The notes under the pieces are model-generated. The model saw nothing but the letters and a program-made list of their open reading frames with translations. It had not been told where the DNA came from and searched no databases. Of a stretch of 34,671 nt of DNA, positions 1-9,504 are shown in pieces. Both the position numbers and the translations under genes were made by a program. Location: contig JAUCBJ010000643.1 in NCBI GenBank assembly GCA_032718475.1, positions 1-34,671 on the forward strand. Direction: 5' to 3'. The stretch is from Nemertoderma westbladi. Lineage: Eukaryota; Animalia; Xenacoelomorpha. Each line of letters begins with the position of its first letter. The stretch's first letter is position 1.

Positions 1-309
1 ATAATAATCTAAAAGTTTAAATTTCACAATAAATAACATGGAATGGTATACGCAGTAGTCCTACATAAGAAAAACATCTAATATATTACTAATATGTACT
101 TAGTGTAAGTGTAATTCTGTATGAAAAAGATGTGGTTGTCAACGAGTGCCCATCAACAGTATGCAATATACTTATGTTTTAGTAGAAAACTATCCGCTAA
201 ATCATGGCCTTTACCCGTCGAATGAGCCTGTGCTTAGACGGTTTAGCTGTAATAAACCTAGGTATACTACTGTACTACCGGTACCTGTACATACTAGGAA
301 ATTCTCTTA

Positions 310-1284
310 CGGTGGTGATTTGGGGCCATACATAATACAGTGTGTGCCTAAAATATTTGCTGTGAGAACAAATTAGGAATATTTTTCTGAAGCTTTTTTC
401 CAGAAAATATTCATTCAGAAAATCATGTGGCATCCTTTTCAAGTTGATCGACAACACGGAGAATGTAATTTCCGACCACAAACGGGTCGTTATTTGTTGA
501 CGCACAATCAAGAAGCAAAATTTTGTATGATCTTTGTATCTATACATCCATGAACAACCATAGCATGAACCGCAAAACTATTAACCTTTAAGTTTGTCCC
601 AACATATGATAGATGTAGTTGGGCCCAAGCGCATTATACGTACGGTACGTCTTACAGTTTTATTAGAGATATTAATAGCAATCACTTCCTCTCATGAATA
701 GTACACGCGTGCAGCACGTGAGTGCATACGTACCAAGTTAGGTTTAATTTCATCAATAATAGATCGCTACTAACTAGGGCTATTTGAGTTAAATAAGACA
801 TTTTTGTTTTACAATACTCGTGTCCTTAGCCTTGTTGCTCTCGTCCTGTTTTGTCTCCAAATATTTTTCCTAACTGAGATAACTATGCTAGATTTATTAC
901 TCTTTTATAGTATTCCTCTTTTTTAATATCCAACTTAAATTTCCTAACTAAAAATATTCCTAACTTTTTAAATAAATATTCCTAACTTTTTAAATAAATA
1001 TTCCTAACTTTTTAAATAAATATTCCTAACTTTTTAAATAAATATTCCTAACTTTTTAAATAAATATTCCTAACTTTTTAAATAAATATTCCTAACTTTT
1101 TAAATAAATATTCCTAACTTTTTAAATAAATATTCCTAACTTTTTAAATAAATATTCCTAACTTTATAAATAAATATTCCTAACTTTTTAAATAAATATT
1201 CCTAACTTTTTCATAAAAATATTCTTAATTTGTTTTACAGCCTTTTTTATTAGGCATATTTTGTATGGCCCAAAATCACCACCG
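310..1284. mobile_element. Non-autonomous TIR DNA transposon (MITE), Tc1/mariner-type TA target
   Basis: Imperfect ~80-bp terminal inverted repeats: CGGTGGTGATTTGGGGCCATACA...AAATTAGGAATATTTTT at 310 and AAAAATATTCTTAATTT...TGTATGGCCCAAAATCACCACCG ending at 1284. Flanked by TA on both sides (308-309, 1285-1286). No recognisable transposase. Confidence 0.75.
951..1230 (+). repeat. 22-bp minisatellite (AAATATTCCTAACTTTTTAAAT), ~12-13 copies
   Basis: TATTCC recurs every 22 bp from 955 to ~1197, with a degenerate last copy running into the right TIR of the MITE. Confidence 0.95.
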
Positions 1285-1546
1285 TAGGCCTACTGTCGTC
1301 GCTTGGGTATCTTTAATTTATAATAATAACACTGATCAAAGTTGGCGCTCTCATTGAGCTGTAAACGGGAACTACCGTTCAAGACAGAAAATGGGCCTAC
1401 ACACACAACCTTACAGTACTACTAATATGCAGTAGCTACTGTACTACTGTACTAATATTGCTCTATAGGTAGTCTTCCACTGTTATTAATCATACTCGCC
1501 ATTCAAAGAAACGTACTGAGATATACTGTATGAACAGGGAAGATAT

Positions 1547-2118
1547 TGTGAGCGGATTCAATTCCGCCTCACTATCCCCATAAAGTTGGGAAGTGGCACC
1601 CTTTTTCAGCAATATTGGAGATACGAGATTAATAACAATCAATCTCGTATCACACCCAATAACGGGATAAGACAATCCCCAAAAGCCACACAAAGGGAGG
1701 TTAGAGGTCAAACCACCTCGTGAGGGCAGATAACCAACAGCGGGGGGAAGCACTCCCACAGAGGTGGGAGGCGTGGAGTAGGTTGTTAGCCAATAGGGGC
1801 GAGGGAGAGCATCTGCTAGGTAACAAGGCCACAGTACCGTAAGAATGATTAGATATATATTATCAGTGTATCGACATACCAATTTAGTTTACTCAGTCAC
1901 TCAGTGCAGACCGGTGACATTTCGCACCGTCACCATTACAGCATCACAATCAGTCCATACTGGTCAGTTATCTATTATGTCAACTGTGCTGTCATATATT
2001 ATCCATATACGTATCTATAACAATATCAAAGTGATAACAACAACAAACTATTATCTTTCTCAAAAACACGGTGACGCGTAGCTTATCAAACCGGTCGGGA
2101 TCCCTTGATCCCGTCACA
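1547..2118 (+). repeat. 5' LTR (572 bp)
   Basis: Direct repeat of 12768-13341. Termini TGTGAGCGGAT...ATCCCGTCACA form an imperfect 11-bp inverted repeat. CCAAT near 1790 and TATATAT near 1854. Confidence 0.97.
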
Positions 2119-2214
2119 GTGCAAAATTCCAGGAACCACTGTAAACTGTGACTGCAGAGTAAAGAACTTAGAAACTGCTGAACTGTGACTGCCAGCCACC
2201 ACAAAAGAATAAAG

Positions 2215-5125
2215 ATGAGCACAGAGCCCCGAGATCTAGACGGAGAGAGGACACCGCCGCGGACCCCGGACGATACCAATGAAACGATCCGCGAGGCCGC
2301 AACGCGACAGTATCGACCCGCAACGCCGGATTCGCCGACGAGAGACGATCCGGTAGCCCAAGCAGAGGGCGGCCGTCTACTACAAAGAGGGGACGAGTCG
2401 ACGCACGACGGCGGTCAAAGTACCGAAGTCGCCGGCCAGCCACAGGCCGAGGGTGAGGGCCGGCCCACCGGAACGGCGACGGTGGGGCCGCCGGTACGAC
2501 GCCGAACCAGGAGAGGAGGAGGAGATGTCAGCGTCGAGGACATCGGGACCAGCGATCGGCTTCGACGGGACTACAACGCCATGAAGAAACAGGTCAAGGA
2601 GGCCAGAGAGGGAGCAAAGGTAGACCAGGGGAAGTTGAGCCAGCGACTAGGTGAGTCGAATAAACATTTCAGATACCTAGTTCGTTTTGGGCAGGGAGAA
2701 CTGGCGAGTGAGAGAGCGAGGGGGGTCGCCACCGAACTATTTGAACTGTGGTGGTCCGGGATTATGGAGCCCCAAGTAGTGTACGTAGGGCCGTATTTAG
2801 TGGATGCTAGGGGAATTAAGTTAGTGGGTTGGGCAGATCCGCACGAGGGCCAACCCGAGCTAAACCACGAGGATTCGGTCTCGTCGGTTAGTGAGAACCC
2901 CAGAAAGCAGGGGAAAGTTAGTAGGACAGAGAGGCGACGGGAGTCCGTCGCGACCGATAAGTCCGCTACATCCTCCGCAAAAGCAAGAAGGGTGTTGGAG
3001 ATAGATCTGGCGTTTCAACTAGACATGGTGGCGCTAGACCAGAAAGAATTAGAGTGGCAGTTGGATGAGGGAACTGCGTTGTTAGAGATAGAGAGAGAGT
3101 TGGTGAGGGAGTGTAGAGAGAGGGCCGAGAGGGTGGCGAGAAATTGTAGAGAGCAAGAAGAGAGGGAGATAGAGGAACGTAAAGAGCGAGAGACGAGAGT
3201 AGAGAGCGAGCGTAGAGAGCGAGAGACGAGAGTAGAGAACGAGCGTAGAGAGCGAGAGACGAAAGTAGAGAATGAGCGTAAAGAACGATAAATGAGAGAG
3301 ACAGCGAGGGTGGAGAGAGAAATGAATGAATATAAAGAACGAGAGGCGAGGGAGGTAGCAAGGGCAAAGAGAGAGATGAACGAGCCTAGAGAGCGAGAAG
3401 CGAGGGTAGAGAGCGAGCGTAGAGAGCGGGTGGCGAGAGAAACAGAGTTGGCAAACCAGAGTTTGCGAGAGGATAGAGAGAGAGAGAGAGAGCGGGAAAG
3501 CGTATGCGGGATGATATGCATGCCCGGTTGAGGGGGCTTATGCAATATCAGGCCAAACAGAACCGCCGACTAGAACTGGCGCAGTTGGGACTATCAGAGA
3601 GTGAGGCTGGTTTGGGTAGTATTTACGAGGAGCCAGAGGTTATGGAAACGTTTGTTAATACCCCACTTACAGGGACCAGACGACAGACCCAAGACTGGTG
3701 TGACCGTACGGGTGGGGGGGGGGATAATAACAATACGCTAGAAGGCGTTAATATTAATAGTACCGTAGTAGACAACCCTAATCAAACTTTCATTGCAGGA
3801 AATAATATTTTGCCCGGTAACAATAATTTAAATCCGAATGATCCTAATTTAAATATAGAAAATAATTCAAATAATAACCTAGGTTTGAATATACAAAGTA
3901 ATTCAAATAATTTAAATTTAAATACGCAAAATAATCTAAATAATAATTTTAATTCAAACGAACAAAATAATCCCGATTCTAACCCAAATATACAAAATAA
4001 TTTAAATAATATTCCGAATTCAGTGCAGAATAACTCTAATAATTTAAATAATTTAGAAAATAATATAAATAATGGTGCTGTTAATATAAATGCGGCAGAT
4101 ATAGGTGGCCCGGCCAACGAGAGCCTGCCAGGCCACATAATCAGTGCGCAGGGGGTAGCGGGGGTGAGAGACCCCGACGGGAGCCTGGAAGGCCACGTAG
4201 TTAATACGCAGGGAGTAGCGGGGGTGAGTCGACCCGACGGGAGCCTGCCAGGCCACGTAGTGATAGGGGGAGAGGAGGGGGTGAATAGACCCAGCCGCAG
4301 TAGAGATAGTGCGTCGACTAGAGAGGGGCGTAGAGGCGAAGCGAGAGATAGTGAAGTGATAGGTAGCGAGTGGGGGGGGGGGCTACAGGTGCCCCACAAC
4401 GAGAGATTAGAGGCGAGAGGGAGGGGGGGCAGAGAGTGTCCCACAGGCCTACATAATGCGCGGGGTGAATTAGGTGAACCGCAGCACCCGGCGATGGAGA
4501 ATAGTAGGGTGATTACGAATATCCCCGGCGTCGTGCGACCGGCTAGAGAGAGGGAGGTTGGTGTTGCGAGTGGGCGAGTGACGAGATGTTGAGCCCAGTC
4601 AGAAGTGGGAAGAAGAACAGTGGAGTTTAACCGGGAGGTCGACGAGAGATCTTGCGAGCGGGGACGCTTCACTGCAGAGAGAAGAAGAGAAGAGAGTAGA
4701 AGAAGTGTCGTTACAAGCGACAGGAGAGGGAGGACGGATAGCGAGCCATCGGTAGTAGAGATGGAGTTGGAGAGTCAGTGGGGTCGAACTCCGGGAGATT
4801 GCCGTCGTCCCGGAGAGACGCAACCCAATGAGGTGTACTATACGCCGAGAGAGGGGTACAGGGCGTACCGATACGAGGACGAGAATAGGAGAGGGGATCG
4901 AAGAGAAACTTCCCGACGGGATGTAGCTGCCGATCGAGGGTACAGTAGTCGCCGGGAGGACTTCTTGGATTATTCGAGAAGGTTAAACTTCGGTCCGGAG
5001 GGACACATACAGACTGCAGGACATACTGTAGGCCTTACTGCACATACTATAGGCCATGCTGGGAGAGATAATGTAGGCGATAGGGTTGCGCGGACGACGG
5101 GATTAAACCCGGAAGTGGACGTTAG
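2215..5125 (+). pseudogene. gag: gag N-terminal region (coiled-coil and low-complexity), disrupted
   Basis: Reading frame from ATG 2215 is broken by TAA 3289-3291, a frameshift at the GA run near 3490, and TGA 4590-4592. Contains E/R-rich 33-bp repeats (~3180-3290), an Asn-rich tract (~3730-4090) and 60-bp repeats (~4115-4265). No capsid core or CCHC knuckles are visible. Confidence 0.75.
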
Positions 5126-8100
5126 GTGGATACCAGAGGTGGACATTAGGAAAGTATCCATTATAGTGGGAATGGACTGCCCAACGGCCCACGAGAGAAT
5201 GCAGACGGTCTTCGGCGAAGACAGACAGCGTGACCCGATGGCAATTTTAACACCATTCGGGTGGATGCTAAGCGGCCCAATTAGAACCAAGATTCCGTTT
5301 AGGATGTCGGAGACATCAGGGTGCATGTTCGCGGGAACTATGAGGGAGATGGAAGATGAAGGAGCGGAGGAGCAGCTCAGGAGACTACTCAGACAGGACT
5401 TTGAGGGACTAAAAGAAACCGGGGTCGGAACCTCGGTAGAGGATAAACAGGCGATACAAAGTGTAAAGGAGTCGATGAGATGCGACGAGGGGCGGTACAC
5501 CATAGGGATGGTGCGGAAACAACCAAAATTACCGCTACCAGATAACAAGGGAATGGTACTCACGAGGCTTCGTAAACTGAAGCGGAGCCCCGAGAAGGAT
5601 GAGTACATTCACAAGACGATAAGGAAGTATGTCGAGAAAGGATGGACCATGGAGTTACCGGTCGACGAACCGAACACGGACAGGACCTACTACCTGCCAC
5701 TTCACGTGGCTCTAGATCCAAAGAATGGTAAATTGCGGATGGTAGTTGACGCATCAGCTAAAACCAACGGCAAGTGCCTAAACGACTATCTGCTAGAAGG
5801 CCCCAATATCTATAATTCCGGAATCGAGGTCCTACTGAGATTCAGAAACGGGAGGTACGCCTTCACCTGCGACATTGAAGGCATGTTTAACCAAGTCCGT
5901 GTGACGGAGGAGGTGTAGTGACAGCCAGCGCTTCCTATGGTACAACGGCGACGAGGAACCATCGACAATACCGATGTACAAGATGGTGGTGCAGAATATG
6001 GGGGCCAAGTCGTCCTTATTTACGACGACTGTGGCTGTAAGGGATACAGTAGAGGGGAAAGAGGAGAAGTATAGCGCCAAAGCCATCGATATGATTCGAC
6101 GCGGCTTCTATGTAGACGACGGAATGGAGTCTGGAAACATGGTTAAAGAAATACTGGATACAGGGCGTGAGGTTCGCGACATCCTGAAGGGATCCGGGTT
6201 TAACCTGACCAAGTTCCAATCCAGTTCAGAGGAGTTTATGAAAGCCATAGAGGACAGACGGCCAGAGTCGACCATGGATAACCTCACAACAGCCAAGGGA
6301 CAGGACATGGCGAACAAAAGAGTAGAGTCTCAGCAGAAGGCACTGGGGATCGTGTGTAACCGGAGACAGACGAGTTCAAGTACCAGCTGAGCCAGGAGGG
6401 CGTTGACATCCACACAAAGAGGGGCTATGTATCGTACATAGCAAGGATATACGATCCCCTAGGCCTAGCATCCCCACTATTAGTTACGGGGAAACAGATA
6501 CTTAAGAAAGTATATAATCTAAAGGACGAATGGGATACAGAGGTCACGGAAGAAATCAGCAAGCAGTGGAGTAAGTGGACGGAGAGTTTAGAACAGTTGG
6601 GGATGTACAGCATGCCATGCGTGTACTTCCCGTATGGGGACATGACGGATCTGGATCTACACATGTTTTCCGATGCGTCATTGGAAGCATATGGAGCGGC
6701 ACTCTACCTAGTACAACGAGAGGGGGCTCATAAGCCCAGACTTGCATTCAGCAAAGCAAAGTTGATGCCACCAGATTCAGCATCGGTCCCGAAACTCGAG
6801 TTGACAGCTACAAGATTAGGAGTACGGGCCACAGCCTACTTGATGGACGCTATTCCCGACATAGTGGAAACACACTACTGGACGGACTCCATGGTAGTGC
6901 TTGGTTGGCTACTCAATGAGAAGACGAGATACCCTATATTCGTCGCAAATAGGGTGGACGAAATAAGGGTGGTGACAGAGTTGGAAAGGTGGCACTACTG
7001 CCCAACGGACGAGAACCCAGCGGAATTGTTATCGAGGGGCGTGGCACGCCATACTTTCTTAAAGAAGGAAGTATTGTGGCAACACGGCCAAGGCCGTGAT
7101 TCGGTATGAACAGAGAAAGAACTACGGCGACGAAGTGGGGCCTGTCAGTAAACAACAACATCTTCGTCGGGACAGTGAGCTCATCACACTGTCGCCACAA
7201 CTCAATGACGATGGGATCCTAGTAATGAACTCCAGAGTGCTAAATAACAACAGCCCCATCATCCCAACAAAACCCATTATCATCCCAAATAGATCGCCGA
7301 TAGTCCACCAGATCATTTGGGACTCCCACAAGTTGATATTCACATAACACACACACATTCACACACAAGTCGCACCAACCAGACCCTCACGGAGATACGG
7401 AGGACCTTCTGGATCACGCAGCTAAGAAAGAAGGTGAAGGTGGTAGTGGGGCAGTGCCAGACCTGCTGACGGACAAGGAAGGAGCGGGCCATACAGGAGA
7501 TGGCGCCACTACCGGCCAGTAGGGTGAGACAGCATGACCCGCCATTCACGCACTGCAGTGTAGATATGTTCGGGCTGATAAAGATCAGGGTGATGCGGCA
7601 CATGGAGAAGCGCTACGGCATTATCTTCGTATGTAATAACACGCGGGCGGTAGGGATAGAACTCGCCCAAGATGCAACTGCATGTAGGTTCAGAGAGAGG
7701 TTCAGAGACCGCAAAGGTGGGACGATCGCAGTAATATACTCCGATAGCGGAACCAACTTTGTGGGGGCAGAAAACGAGCTGGCAGATGCCTTGGACATCA
7801 TGGAAGGGGAGGAAGTCAGGGCAGCCATGAGAAGACGACAGGTGAAGTGGGAGAGGAGGATGCCGTATGTTCCGCATACTTTAGGATGCGTCGAGAGACT
7901 AGTGGGTAGTTCCAAGCATCTAATGACGAAGTTGATGAACACCCACATGGTGACAGAAGATGTACTAAGGACGGTGCTAGCTAAGTGTGAGGACATCATC
8001 AATAGCAGACTGCTATACCCAGAAAATGACGACCCAGAATTACTAGATGTTGTTGACACCCAGTCATTTTCAAATGGAAAGGCCGGCGACCATCGACATG

Positions 8101-8478
8101 CGGGGTGTAGACCCAAATGTCATACACTCCCGACAGAGTTGGAAAGTCGGTAAGGCGATAAGCGCAGAGTACTGGAGGAGGTGGGTCGAGGAATACCTAC
8201 CCATACTACATAGGAGGAGCAAGTGGAGAAATACCACTAGAGCGTTAAAGAAGGGTGATTTGGTGATCATCACGGATGACACCATCATCAACAATCACTG
8301 GAGGCTAGCAAGAGTAGTAGACACTTACTCCGACGAGGACGGAAGAGTCTGATTGGTGGAAGTGCAGATAGGGGGTAAGATAGGAGCGAAAGAAAGGAAG
8401 ACCTACAGAAGGGCTGTAGGTAAATTTTGCCTGCTAGAGGGGGCACCATGGAGTTTAGTCGTCCAAGTGTTGGACTGA
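5126..8478 (+). pseudogene. pol: BEL/Pao pol (protease C-terminal remnant, RT, RNase H, integrase), multiply disrupted
   Basis: IIVGMD...TPFGWMLSGP (post-protease segment); RT with DIEGMFNQV, SQRFLW and YVDD near 6109-6120; RNase H near 6430-7090; integrase HHCC and DDE core near 7300-8050; C-terminal GDLVII/WRLARV/DGRV. Frameshifts near 5915, 6355, 6425, 7350 and 8047; in-frame stops near 7467 and 8350. Confidence 0.95.
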
Positions 8479-8619
8479 GGGGGGTGGGATTGAGGGCGAG
8501 ACGCCCTTCCCACACAAATAAAAAAAAATAATAAAATAATAAAATTAACAGAAAGAGAGTAAGAGAAAGGAAAGTAATAGTACATAGTAAGTACGTATTA
8601 AGTAAGTAGGCAGATAGAA

Positions 8620-9125
8620 GTTAGTTAGAGAGTTAGTAGAAGAGTAAGAGTAGTAAGAGGGTACGTAGTACCGTTAGTTAGAGAATTAGTAGTAAGAGGG
8701 TACATAGTACAATTAGTTAGAGAGTTAGTAGTAAGAGGGTACGTAGTACCATTAGTTAGAGAGTTAGTAAGAGTAGTAAGAGGGTACGTAGTACTGTTAG
8801 TTAGAGAGTTAGTAAGAGTAGTAAGAGGGTACATAGTACCGTTAGTTAGAGAGTTAGTAAGAGTAGTAAGAGGGTACGTAGTACCGTAAGGAGAGTTAGT
8901 AGTAAGAGGCTACATAGTACCGTTAGAGGAGTTAGTTAGTAGTAAGAGGGTACATGCAGTACCGTTAGTGGAGTTGGTTAGTAGTAAGAGGGTACATAGT
9001 ACCGTTAGAGGAGTTAGTTAGTGTGTTAGTAAGAGTTAGTAGGAGTTAGTTAGTGTGTTAGTAAGAGTTAGTAGGAGTTAGTTAGAATGTTAGTAAGAGT
9101 TAGTAGAGTTAGTAGTGAGTAGTGA
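8620..9125 (+). repeat. Internal tandem array of 39-45-bp units (GTTAGTTAGAGAGTTAGTAAGAGTAGTAAGAGGGTACRTAGTACC) decaying into AGTTAGT simple repeats
   Basis: About 9 copies of the GGTAC(G/A)TAGTAC core between 8659 and ~9003. Confidence 0.92.
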
Positions 9126-9504
9126 GAGGGGGGCACGTGGGTACAGCAGGACAGACCGTGTAGGCCGCACGAGACATACTACTGTACTGCACAGCCCGTA
9201 GAGTAGGTCAGAATAGGGATTATCAAATAAATAATCCGTTATAAATATTAATAGCACAGTTGTAGAATTAAAATTAATATAAAGAAAATCAAAATTCAAC
9301 AAATTATAGTAACAGTAGATAAAATATTCTAGAAGATAATAAAAGTAACTGACAAATTTAGGGAATTTAGGAAATTTGGTACAATAGTGAAAATATAATA
9401 GATAACCTAGCGTTCAGAGAGAGATAGGCCATTATCGGACCATACAGACCACCCCAACTACATCACTCACCCATATTGAGCCTTGGTAAGGCACCACCTT
9501 ATAG

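Noticed and set aside
1544-1563. lac operator-like sequence (ATTGTGAGCGGATTCAATT), possible vector contamination
   Set aside because: It is the TSD plus the LTR start, is repeated in the 3' LTR, differs from lacO1, and has no other vector sequence nearby.
1490-2081. Short ORFs shared by both LTRs
   Set aside because: The conservation simply reflects LTR identity. The G-run indel shifts frames and no domain is recognisable.
2966-4672. Long minus-strand ORFs (133-296 aa) opposite gag, and similar ones opposite pol and the extra ORF
   Set aside because: These are shadow ORFs caused by the purine-rich, repetitive plus strand. The translations are Ser/Leu low complexity with no motifs.
8620-9125. 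Telomeric repeat (TTAG-rich)
   Set aside because: There are no TTAGG or TTAGGG runs; it is an internal minisatellite of the retrotransposon.
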